64,000 nucleotides of DNA, taken from a virus. Under the pieces are notes generated by a model, which was not told the origin of the DNA, searched no databases, and saw only the letters and a list, made by a program, of their open reading frames with translations. Made by a program: the position numbers and the translations under genes. This document shows, in pieces, positions 47,657 to 57,094 of the stretch. Location: IMG/VR virus record IMGVR_UViG_3300025759_000058. One strand, 5' to 3'. How positions within the stretch are numbered: the first letter of the stretch is position 1; each line of letters starts with the position of its first letter.

Positions 47657-50600
47657 ATGGCAAACGAATTTATAGCAAGGAAAGGGCTAATAGCCTTACA
47701 AGACTCCCAAATAACTGGAAGTTTAGGAGTTACAGGAAATATAACAGTTACTGGAACTGTAGATGGTGTAGATGTAGCAACTTTAAAAAGCGACTTTGAC
47801 ACATTAGAAGGTAAAACATTAGTTTCAGGTTCTTCCCAAATCACTATAGGATCCACCACAGGAACAATCACTTCAGCTAAAATATCTGATGTAGATGCTT
47901 TCTCACAAAGTGGAACATACGCAAGCTTAAGAGCCCAAGGTACCACAAAAGGAGATGTTGGTTTAGGAAACGTAGAAAACACAGCATTATCTACTTATAC
48001 AGGTAATGGAGGTGCTTTAGACAACCAATATATTACTAATGGTGCTGGTTATACTACAAACACCGGTACAGTAACTTCAGTAGGAGGCACAGGAACAGTA
48101 GATGGACTTACTTTATCAGGTACTGTAACAAGCACAGGTAACCTTACTTTAGGTGGTGCTATTTCTATCACAACATCCTCAATTACAAACTTCCCAACCG
48201 AAGTATCCCGCTCAGCAGCAGCCGCTGGATTTGGATCTGGTGGGGGTGGTGGATCTGATTTTCCTTATACAGGAAGTGCAATTATTTCTGGTAGTTTAGA
48301 AATAATAGGTAAAATAACAGGTTCAGTATTAATTGAAGGTTCTGGTTCAACACTATTTGAAATAGTAGGTTCAGAAGGCCAATTATTCTCAGTTACAGAT
48401 AATCTTTCGGGTTCACTTTTTGCAGTTAGCGATGTTTCTGGTTTACCAATTCTAGAAGTTTTCTCAGATGATACTGTCAAAATTGGAACATTTAATAACG
48501 AAGCTATAATTGTTAATGGTTCAACAGCTATTGTTAGTGGTTCATTTAGTGGAAGTTTTGAAGGTGATGGTAGTGGATTAACAGGTGTAGGTAGCGTAGA
48601 TACGACAGGTACCCCTGCTAATGACCAAATAGCAATATTTACAGACTCAAATACAATTGAAGGCGATTCAAATCTTACGTGGGATGGTTCCATATTTACT
48701 ATTAACGGAACAGGTTCTATTGATTTACTCCAAGTAGATGATAAATTACAAGGTAATGGTTCAGGTTTCCAATTCTTTGCATTTAATGAAGACACAGTAA
48801 AAGTTAAATTCGCTAACTGGTACTCATCCAACGATAGACAATATGGGATGGGTCAGCTTTGGTTCGAAACTTGGTTTGCCGCAATTGACAACCAGGTAAG
48901 TAGAGATGCTAGAAGAATAGGATTTTATCTTGAAGAACCAGATGCTGGATCTACTGATTCAGGTACCCCAGGCCAACACCCAACAAATGCTCGTTTTTAT
49001 GTAGATATAACAGGTTCGTATGTTGCTAGTGGGGGTTTACACGTAACTGATGCTGACTTTAATGTTGAGTCAAATGGTAACGTTGAAGTAAACGGTAGTT
49101 TAACTGTAAAAAATTCATCTACTGGGTTTTTATTAAAAGATAGTTCAGGAACCTCTACATATGTTAACTTTTCTCCTCAAGGTGGTTTATACATAAACCC
49201 AGGTGGTGCTGGAAATAGCATAAGCGCTAGTAGTGATATTACAACTCATGGGGATATAATAGGCGAAAGTACTCATATTAAACTTATTGGACCTGATGGA
49301 GGTGGTGGATCCTTTACATACCTAAGTAGTAGTGGCGACCCTGCCGCCGGCGGTTTTAAATTATCGTTAGGAGATATAGACGGAATAGGTAACACTACAA
49401 CTATTACAATTAATGATAATACCGAACAAATTTTATTAAGTAAAGCATTAAGCGTAACTGGCAACATAACAGTTACTGGAACTGTAGATGGTGTAGATAT
49501 AGCTTCATTGGAAAGCAGTGTACAAGCTAATGATGCTAAAATCGTTAGCTTAACTGCTGCAACAAGTTCTTATTTAACTTCATCACCATTTACGGCAGCA
49601 GGAATTTCAGGATCATTCAACTCAGTAAGCGCTTCATTAGCTGCTAATATTCCTACTAATAACAACCAATTAATTAATGGTGCTGGTTATACTACAAATA
49701 CAGGCACAGTTGATACTTCAGGCACCCCAGTAGCTAATGATTTTGCTAAATTCACAGATGCTAATACAATTGAAGGCAGAAGCTACTCAGAGGTAAAAAC
49801 CGATTTATCATTAAACAACGTAGAAAACACAGCCTTATCTACTTACACAGGCAACGGTGGTGCTTTAGACAACCAGTATATTACTAACGGCGCAGGTTAT
49901 ACCACAAACACAGGTACTGTAACATCTGTAGGAGGTACAGGTACAGTAAGCGGACTTTCATTATCAGGCACTGTAACAAGTACAGGTAATCTTACTTTAG
50001 GGGGTACAATATCAATTTCTTCAACCAATATTACAGATGTAGATGCTTTCTCACAAACAGGTACTTATGCCTCGCTAAGAGCTCAAGGCACAACTGCTGC
50101 AGATGTAGGGTTAGGAAACGTAACTAACGAGTCAAAAGCTACTATGTTTACGTCTCCAACATTTACAGGTACAGTAGCAATTCCAGGATTTGCAGATGTT
50201 TCAGCTTCATTAGCAGCAGCAGTTGCAGGTGGTGACAATTTAGGTAACCATACTGCTACGCAAGACTTGAATATATCTAATAATGCTATCATTAACGTGG
50301 CTAGTATAACTGGTAGTGATTCTGCGGCTATTGAAATAACATCATATCCAATTGGTTATGAACAGCTCGCATCATTTCCAATAACAGGATCTGGATTAGT
50401 TATACGAGAGACTGGTCTGCCGGCGAACAACTATCCTATGTTAAAAATCGGCGATGTTGAAATGGTCGATATTAATTCAGTAGTTAGCCCGAATGTCTTT
50501 TTAATACATAATGTTGATTCGTTTTTAGTAGCATCTGGAAGTGAGCCTGTTAATCTATTTGGCGACGGCCCAAATAAATTATTTGAACATACTGGCGATG

Positions 50601-51232
50601 ACTTTAAAATTTATACAAAAGGTATTGATGCGGCAAAAATGACAGTTACATCGGCATCCGTTTTGATTTCTGATGCAGATTTACAAGTAGCAGGAAGATT
50701 ATTCAATGTAGCTAGCGAAACTACGATTGAGTATATAGCTGGATATACAGCTGTTCCCAATCCATCTCCGACAAATGAGCTGTATGTACAATCTGTAAGC
50801 TCTGTAATTGCTAATACTAATCGTATATTCAATACAGGTTCATCAGCATTAGCTAGTGATGGTGGCGCATTAGGCGATGTAGTTAAATTCGGAGGTACTA
50901 CAACAACCGCCGGCGGATTATATTATTTAAATAGTAGTGGTGGATGGACTTTAGCTCAAGCCAATGCTGGAGGAACGTCGACAGGTTCATTAGCCGTTGC
51001 GTTAGGAACTAATTCAACAACGGATGGCATGTTATTGCGCGGCTTTGTTAATCCATTCGGTTTATCTGATGCAGGCATCGGAGCTCCAGTATATGTTGCT
51101 AGTGCATCTGCCGGCAGATTTAGCGGTTTACCGTCACAACAAACGGGAGAAATTGTTCGAGTGGTTGGCCATGCATATGGAACTGACTTAGTTTATTTTC
51201 ACCCATCTAATAACTGGATTGAAATTGCATAA
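47657..51232 (+). CDS. Long tail fibre protein with shuffled internal repeats
   Basis: MANEFIARKGL start; DVGLGNV and NGAGY fibre repeats. Confidence 0.8.
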   Translation: MANEFIARKGLIALQDSQITGSLGVTGNITVTGTVDGVDVATLKSDFDTLEGKTLVSGSSQITIGSTTGTITSAKISDVDAFSQSGTYASLRAQGTTKGDVGLGNVENTALSTYTGNGGALDNQYITNGAGYTTNTGTVTSVGGTGTVDGLTLSGTVTSTGNLTLGGAISITTSSITNFPTEVSRSAAAAGFGSGGGGGSDFPYTGSAIISGSLEIIGKITGSVLIEGSGSTLFEIVGSEGQLFSVTDNLSGSLFAVSDVSGLPILEVFSDDTVKIGTFNNEAIIVNGSTAIVSGSFSGSFEGDGSGLTGVGSVDTTGTPANDQIAIFTDSNTIEGDSNLTWDGSIFTINGTGSIDLLQVDDKLQGNGSGFQFFAFNEDTVKVKFANWYSSNDRQYGMGQLWFETWFAAIDNQVSRDARRIGFYLEEPDAGSTDSGTPGQHPTNARFYVDITGSYVASGGLHVTDADFNVESNGNVEVNGSLTVKNSSTGFLLKDSSGTSTYVNFSPQGGLYINPGGAGNSISASSDITTHGDIIGESTHIKLIGPDGGGGSFTYLSSSGDPAAGGFKLSLGDIDGIGNTTTITINDNTEQILLSKALSVTGNITVTGTVDGVDIASLESSVQANDAKIVSLTAATSSYLTSSPFTAAGISGSFNSVSASLAANIPTNNNQLINGAGYTTNTGTVDTSGTPVANDFAKFTDANTIEGRSYSEVKTDLSLNNVENTALSTYTGNGGALDNQYITNGAGYTTNTGTVTSVGGTGTVSGLSLSGTVTSTGNLTLGGTISISSTNITDVDAFSQTGTYASLRAQGTTAADVGLGNVTNESKATMFTSPTFTGTVAIPGFADVSASLAAAVAGGDNLGNHTATQDLNISNNAIINVASITGSDSAAIEITSYPIGYEQLASFPITGSGLVIRETGLPANNYPMLKIGDVEMVDINSVVSPNVFLIHNVDSFLVASGSEPVNLFGDGPNKLFEHTGDDFKIYTKGIDAAKMTVTSASVLISDADLQVAGRLFNVASETTIEYIAGYTAVPNPSPTNELYVQSVSSVIANTNRIFNTGSSALASDGGALGDVVKFGGTTTTAGGLYYLNSSGGWTLAQANAGGTSTGSLAVALGTNSTTDGMLLRGFVNPFGLSDAGIGAPVYVASASAGRFSGLPSQQTGEIVRVVGHAYGTDLVYFHPSNNWIEIA
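47729..50122 (+). repeat. Dispersed direct-repeat modules inside the fibre gene
   Basis: 33-nt identity 47741-47773 / 49466-49498; modules 47888-47974 / 50036-50122, about 47969-48157 / 49817-50005, about 48596-48664 / 49709-49777. Confidence 0.9.
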
Positions 51233-51255
51233 TATGCTTAAATATATTTATAATC

Positions 51256-51621
51256 ATGACGCATCATAATTTAAATGACTTAATGTTAAGTCAAAGTTTA
51301 TTACAAGAACAAATATCAGAACTTCAACTTCAACAAGCAGAAGAAGAATATTTGAATTCCCCCATATACGTTTATAACCAATTAAAACCTCACCCAGATA
51401 CTATCCGAACCAACCCATATGATGATAGCACAGGTTTTAATTATCCTTTATACGATCATTATGTTAACCCAACATTAGATTTAGGGTATTGTCACGAATA
51501 TATTTATGAGCGTAGGTATACTAATGGAGTATTAACTCATTTTCAACAATTTGGGGTAGAAACTACAGGTAGTGCCCTACTTAAAACCCCTAACATAACA
51601 ACAATTAATATAAGAGAATAA
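51256..51621 (+). CDS. Hypothetical protein
   Basis: 121 aa; ATATTTAT at 51244. Confidence 0.65.
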   Translation: MTHHNLNDLMLSQSLLQEQISELQLQQAEEEYLNSPIYVYNQLKPHPDTIRTNPYDDSTGFNYPLYDHYVNPTLDLGYCHEYIYERRYTNGVLTHFQQFGVETTGSALLKTPNITTINIRE

Positions 51622-53279
51622 TGGCCACTTATTACGTTTCAGATCAAAATGGTAGTGATGCAAACGCAGGTACATCTGCTGGAGCAGCTAAAAAAACAGT
51701 AGCAGCAGGTTTAGCTCTTATGTCTGCTGCTGGAGATATTTTATATATAGGACCTGGGGTTTATTATCACACCACTACTAATAGTATAAATGGTGATGGG
51801 ACTATAGATAACCCTAAAAAAATCATAGGAGACACTCAAGCTGAATACTTAACAAGCGATACCCCGGGGGAAGTTATTTTAACAGCCATGGACTCAGCTA
51901 CTTTAATACCCGTACGGAATTTTAGTGGTCTTAGTTTTATTGGGGATGATTATTGGCATATTAAAAATCTAACATTTGTAGGTTATACAGGAACAACGGG
52001 AAGGGGAATATTTTGTTCTACTAGTTATGGGGTTTTTATAGAAAATTGTCATTTTTCTAATTGTAGCTTTGCTATCCAAAACAGTTCTTTCACAACACAT
52101 GATGTTACTGCTTACAATTGTAGTTCTATAGGAGGTAGATTTGGTTTTTATGGTTGTAATAGTGTTAATTGTGTTGCTATAGGGGGTTTTAGTGGTTTTG
52201 GGTATGCTTATGTTTATGGGTGTTTAGCTATAGGATCATCTAATGGCTTTTACAATTGTTCTATAGATGAATATGGTACTTTAGGTAGTGATTATGGTGC
52301 TGTTTATAATAGCAATGCTATAGCTTGTAACATAGGCTTTTCTAATAGTGGGGGGCAAAATAATGTAGCTGTAGGATCAGCAACCGCCGGGCTAGATTCC
52401 GGAAACTATAACATGATAGGTTTCCTTTCAATAGCTGGTTATTATGCTTATCAAAATGGGGATACTATAGCAGCAGGAATTTACCCCAACATAAACTCAG
52501 GTTCAGAATTATCCTCAGTTTATTACTCAGGATATGGTTCCTCGATTAACCAGTCTGTTGATGATGTCAACTTTACTCCAACAGAAGCTAAGGGTATGCT
52601 TTATACTGGATATGTAGGGATTTGTAATGATCTACAACATATGCTTAGAAACCGTCCTCTCCCTGGGACTGATTATTTTTACTCAGGAAGCACAGGATTA
52701 CCTTTTTATGTGACCCAAATAACAGGTTCAGCAGGTACTCAAGGTGAAGCTTTAGAAGCATTTGTTTCCGGAGCAGGTATTAGATATGCTTCTAACTGGT
52801 TAAAAGACACATATGCCCCTCCCGGATCCTATGATACTATAGGAGTCCCTATGGGTAATATTAAAGCAGGAGGTGAGGGATTTACAGATACTAACAAATT
52901 CCAAGGAGCATTCCCAGGATACCAATTCCCCGATTCACCTGTAATAGACAATACTTATGTAACAGGAAGCAATTTTGGAATTAAAGCTTTAGGTTATGGG
53001 GGATTTGCTTTAGCAGCTAATATTAGTGGTTCACTAACTGCTTCTGTTTCTGTAAAATACAATGTTACTTCTGATCCTCCAAAATTAATTCTAGTAGATA
53101 AATTAGTTAATGGACAAATAGTTTCGGCATCTGCTAGTGGAACCGGGGACCAAACAGGAACTTGGCAGACCCTAACAGTTAATACAACTGCTGCTAATCC
53201 TATTGATGTTGTGTTGGTTAATGTTGATACTGATGATGCTTCATATGTACACTTCTCTAATTTTGATTTAAATGGGTAA
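51621..53279 (+). CDS. Right-handed beta-helix (pectate lyase-like) tailspike/depolymerase candidate
   Basis: TYYVS..GSDANAGTS...GDILYIGPGVY...IKNLTF...IENCHF. Confidence 0.75.
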   Translation: MATYYVSDQNGSDANAGTSAGAAKKTVAAGLALMSAAGDILYIGPGVYYHTTTNSINGDGTIDNPKKIIGDTQAEYLTSDTPGEVILTAMDSATLIPVRNFSGLSFIGDDYWHIKNLTFVGYTGTTGRGIFCSTSYGVFIENCHFSNCSFAIQNSSFTTHDVTAYNCSSIGGRFGFYGCNSVNCVAIGGFSGFGYAYVYGCLAIGSSNGFYNCSIDEYGTLGSDYGAVYNSNAIACNIGFSNSGGQNNVAVGSATAGLDSGNYNMIGFLSIAGYYAYQNGDTIAAGIYPNINSGSELSSVYYSGYGSSINQSVDDVNFTPTEAKGMLYTGYVGICNDLQHMLRNRPLPGTDYFYSGSTGLPFYVTQITGSAGTQGEALEAFVSGAGIRYASNWLKDTYAPPGSYDTIGVPMGNIKAGGEGFTDTNKFQGAFPGYQFPDSPVIDNTYVTGSNFGIKALGYGGFALAANISGSLTASVSVKYNVTSDPPKLILVDKLVNGQIVSASASGTGDQTGTWQTLTVNTTAANPIDVVLVNVDTDDASYVHFSNFDLNG

Positions 53280-53523
53280 AGTAAAATTAATATATGGTAC
53301 CGTACCTTACTTATATACTACTACTCCTCAGTTAATATATGGTAGTATACCGTTCGTTACAGCCCCTGTAAAAACGCTATCAGCTGTTGAATCACCCCCA
53401 CCTCCTCCTCCATCAGGGGTGTCAATTAGTTCTATTGATGGTATACTTAAAGCTAATATATCATCTTTTTCTGGAGTTTCTGCAGCTCAAATTGCATCTA
53501 TTGATGGAATTAATTGGAGTTAA
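53272..53523 (+). CDS. Small protein with poly-Pro linker and SIDGI repeats
   Basis: LIYGxxP twice; PPPPPP; ISSIDGI...IASIDGI. Confidence 0.65.
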   Translation: MGKVKLIYGTVPYLYTTTPQLIYGSIPFVTAPVKTLSAVESPPPPPPSGVSISSIDGILKANISSFSGVSAAQIASIDGINWS

Positions 53524-53618
53524 TTTGGTTCTTTTAACTTTATTACATACGTATATCTAAACATTTAAAATTTTAAAAAGTTATATAACTTTTGTGATAT
53601 TTATAACAAAGGATTCGT

Positions 53619-55940
53619 ATGTTAGGAGAATGGTTAGCTAATCAACTACTTAACGAAAGTCAAATTAAGACAGTCGTTGTAATATACCCCGGCCGTTTTC
53701 AGCCAATGGGTAAACATCATGCCGAAGTATATAAAAAATTAGCTTCTAGATTTGGTAAATCGAACACATACATTGCAACATCTGATAAAGTGGCGTTACC
53801 AAAGTCCCCATTGACCTTTAATGAAAAGAAACGTGTTATTAATAAACACGGCATTACAAACGTCATTCAAGTAAAAAACCCATATCAGTCCGCAGAAATA
53901 ACTAGCAAGTATGATCCAGAAACGACAGCTGTCTTATTTGCGGTTGGTAAAAAAGATATGATGGAAGATCCTAGATTTAAAGTAGGATTTAAAAAGAACG
54001 GTGAGCCATCATATTTTCAATATTATGATGATAATAAAGATAATTTATTACCATATACTAAACATGGGTACTTATACGTTGCGCCACATGTATCATTAAA
54101 TGTTCCTGGATATGGAGAAATGTCAGGAACAATATTACGTCAGGCATTGGCAAATGCAACGCCTGCAGATTTTAAGTCAATCATGGGATTCTTTGATCCT
54201 ACAATTTATAATCTTCTCAAAAAAAAATTCTCGAAGCTAGCGATAGAAAACATTGAACGGTTTATAGTTGAAAATAGTAGTAATCTACCGTTGGGTAAAT
54301 CTATGGTAGACGATGGCCCAAGATATTTTTATGGTAATCAAGCTACTTATCGTGCTAAAAACAAACAAATGGCAGAAAAGTTAGGATTTTCAGTTCTTAA
54401 TTACATTATCAAAGATAGCCCTATAGAAGTGCATTCAACAGAATATCCAGATGGACCACCTATGGGTGTATCATACTTTCCTAGTGGTGTGGCTGGTTCG
54501 AATTATGCAGGTACTAATTATATAAAAGATATGCGCGGAAATCCCGCGTACCAAGAATGGTCTAAACATATAAGTAAAGTAGCACAACAAGTAGGATATA
54601 AGTTTTTAAACTTTCTAGGAGCCGGCGAAGCAATTGCTAGCTCTAAAAACGAACCAACGACGCCAGTGCCAATAAAAGAATCATTATTTACTGCAAACTG
54701 GTGGAAGACTATTATAAAAGAGTCTCTTATAACAGAAGGCGGCGCATCAGGTCATATGTCACATCCATTTGATGATCGAGATTTGACTTTCGCAGAAATG
54801 AAAGAAATTATTCGTTTATCGTTGGAAGGACGATTGGATTTAGAAGCCGATGTGACAGAAAAGACAGATGGGCAAAATCTCAATGTAACATTTAAAGATG
54901 GTAAAGTAGGCGCTGCTAGAAATAAAGCTACGATACGTAATCCATTAGATGTGCAAGCCATTGAACGTAAGTTCGCAGATAGAGGTGAATTGACGAAAGC
55001 ATTTTCGTATGCAATGCGCGATTTAGAACAAGCTATATTAGCACTACCGCAAGATAAGCGAGAAGAAGTATTCCAAAATGGAACTAGATTTCTAAACTTA
55101 GAAATTATATATCCAGGCACGAAAAATGTCATCAATTACGGTACGTCGGCATATCTGCAGTTTCATGGACTAAACGAATTTGATTTAGAATCTGCAACTA
55201 AAACAGATACTTATCCAGAGTATGGACCACTATTGCAGTCATTGATAGCAGATGTGAATGCTGATGTTCAAAAACATTTTAAAATTATTCCGCCAAAAAA
55301 ATTAATGATTCAACGTAGTATTGATTTCGAAAAATTAGAGCCTGAATTTATTGCTCGTGTCAATAAACTTCAAAAAGAGTTTGGATTAAAAGACTCTGAC
55401 GAAGTTATGAAATATCATGAAGAATGGTGGCGACGTAAAATAGATTTAGATTTTCCGTCCGCTACTACGGAAGTAAAGGAAGGCTTGTTACAGCGATGGG
55501 CATATAATGATAAATCGTTTAGGTTAAATGGAAAATCAGTACCGGATGTTGATATGCTTAATAAGATTAAAGCGTACGATAAACAAGACTTTGCTAAGCA
55601 GAACAAAGCAAATGTAGCTCGATTCGAAGAAATTTTTCTAAAGCTAGGAGCCGAGGTGTTATCAAACGTAAAAGAATTTTTAGCTGCCTCGCCAAATGAA
55701 AGTGCACAAGAACTAAAAAGAGATATCGCCCAAACAATCAAAGAGTTACAGAAGGCAAAGGATATCGGCTCACTTGATAAGGTCAAATATGAACTTAAAA
55801 GAATTGAATCTATAGGTGGATTTGATAAGATTGTTCCATCCGAAGGTTTAGTGTTTATGTATAAAGGTAATTTGTATAAACTTACCGGTCTTTTTGCACC
55901 TGTTAATCAATTGTTAGGATTATCTAGGTATAGTCGTTAA
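53619..55940 (+). CDS. Fusion of a HIGH-superfamily nucleotidyltransferase-like domain, an unknown domain and an RNA-ligase-like domain
   Basis: YPGRFQPMGKHH...AVGKKD...MSGTILR; C-terminal TEKTDGQN, NLEIIY, FHG, SEGLVF, YKLTG; ATATTTAT at 53597. Confidence 0.75.
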   Translation: MLGEWLANQLLNESQIKTVVVIYPGRFQPMGKHHAEVYKKLASRFGKSNTYIATSDKVALPKSPLTFNEKKRVINKHGITNVIQVKNPYQSAEITSKYDPETTAVLFAVGKKDMMEDPRFKVGFKKNGEPSYFQYYDDNKDNLLPYTKHGYLYVAPHVSLNVPGYGEMSGTILRQALANATPADFKSIMGFFDPTIYNLLKKKFSKLAIENIERFIVENSSNLPLGKSMVDDGPRYFYGNQATYRAKNKQMAEKLGFSVLNYIIKDSPIEVHSTEYPDGPPMGVSYFPSGVAGSNYAGTNYIKDMRGNPAYQEWSKHISKVAQQVGYKFLNFLGAGEAIASSKNEPTTPVPIKESLFTANWWKTIIKESLITEGGASGHMSHPFDDRDLTFAEMKEIIRLSLEGRLDLEADVTEKTDGQNLNVTFKDGKVGAARNKATIRNPLDVQAIERKFADRGELTKAFSYAMRDLEQAILALPQDKREEVFQNGTRFLNLEIIYPGTKNVINYGTSAYLQFHGLNEFDLESATKTDTYPEYGPLLQSLIADVNADVQKHFKIIPPKKLMIQRSIDFEKLEPEFIARVNKLQKEFGLKDSDEVMKYHEEWWRRKIDLDFPSATTEVKEGLLQRWAYNDKSFRLNGKSVPDVDMLNKIKAYDKQDFAKQNKANVARFEEIFLKLGAEVLSNVKEFLAASPNESAQELKRDIAQTIKELQKAKDIGSLDKVKYELKRIESIGGFDKIVPSEGLVFMYKGNLYKLTGLFAPVNQLLGLSRYSR

Positions 55941-55973
55941 CTACATATTTATTTAAAAGAATAGGAATAAACT

Positions 55974-56477
55974 ATGAAAGAATCTGAATTAAGGTCAATG
56001 ATCCGTAGACAGATAAAAGAATCATTAAAAGAAAATGATTCATTTTTAAAACAAGTAGGCGGATCTGTTCGTGCAAAGCTTGGAAGTCGTAGACAAATGT
56101 TAGATAGAATTTTAGCAACTATTGACACTAACAGATTAACTAGATTGCCTCGAGTCCAAAAAGTTGATTTAGTAGTTGCATTAATTCAAAAGTTTGGCAT
56201 TTCTCAACAAGATTTTGCATCAATCAAATCAAGAGTACAGCGTAATTTAGGAGTCGGTGAGTCAGTGAACGAAGCTGAAGGATCAAACTTAAGTGGCGCA
56301 TTAGCATCACGTGGCGAAAAACTTGAAAAAACTCAAGCATTTAAAATGTTAATGAAGGCAGTTGAAGCAAAGCCAACAGCACAACAAGTAGATTTTGCAA
56401 TTGACTTCCTCAGTAAGTTGCCTTTAGATGATGCCGGCAAGCGTCGTTTAAAAATGAAAATTCGTCAATTTCTTTAA
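55974..56477 (+). CDS. Hypothetical protein with internal duplication
   Basis: PRVQKVDLVVALI / PTAQQVDFAIDFL; leader MKESELRSMIRRQIKESLKE; ATATTTAT at 55945. Confidence 0.7.
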   Translation: MKESELRSMIRRQIKESLKENDSFLKQVGGSVRAKLGSRRQMLDRILATIDTNRLTRLPRVQKVDLVVALIQKFGISQQDFASIKSRVQRNLGVGESVNEAEGSNLSGALASRGEKLEKTQAFKMLMKAVEAKPTAQQVDFAIDFLSKLPLDDAGKRRLKMKIRQFL

Positions 56478-56479
56478 TC

Positions 56480-57094
56480 ATGAGCAATAAGTTACAAAAT
56501 ATTAAAGCTGTACAGCAGCTGCTAGATGGCACACATAAATCTCAGACTCGTACAACAGTAGGATTCAATAAAGATTCTAAACATGAACGGCGCGAAGTCG
56601 GCGACGTTTGGGAAGAAGTAATGCCAAATGGTACGGTATATATAGTTACACAAAACAAAGGATTTCGTACTAGAAAGCCTAAAAATAGTGTTAAGTCAAA
56701 AATTAAAGATTTACTTAAAGTACCGGAACAGTGTCCGTCATGTGGGACTAAAATGCGTAACGAAGAAAAGCGATTAAACTTTAAGTTTTGGTTTAAACGA
56801 AAAAAATGTTTTGGTTGTGTTATAAAAGAAGAACAAGAAATTCGTAACCAAGGTTATAATGCATGGCAAGAATATGAACAACGTATAATGTCCGAAAATG
56901 CAGAGTCATGGTTTAAAGATACTGATGCTGAAGTTGAATTAATAAAAACACAAATAAAAGAGACATATTGGCAAAATGCGGACGGAGAAAATGGTCAAGT
57001 TGATATTTCATCGGTTATAGAAAAAATTGAAAATGATTATAAAGAATTAAAATCAAATGTCCGTAAACAATTTGGAACAATCGATGAACAATAA
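56480..57094 (+). CDS. Zn-finger hypothetical protein
   Basis: CPSC...CFGC. Confidence 0.75.
   Translation: MSNKLQNIKAVQQLLDGTHKSQTRTTVGFNKDSKHERREVGDVWEEVMPNGTVYIVTQNKGFRTRKPKNSVKSKIKDLLKVPEQCPSCGTKMRNEEKRLNFKFWFKRKKCFGCVIKEEQEIRNQGYNAWQEYEQRIMSENAESWFKDTDAEVELIKTQIKETYWQNADGENGQVDISSVIEKIENDYKELKSNVRKQFGTIDEQ

Noticed and set aside
40548-53279. Diversity-generating retroelement suggested by Mtd_N-like starts and repeats
   Set aside because: No reverse transcriptase in the window; repeat pairs differ at synonymous sites of all bases, not specifically at adenines
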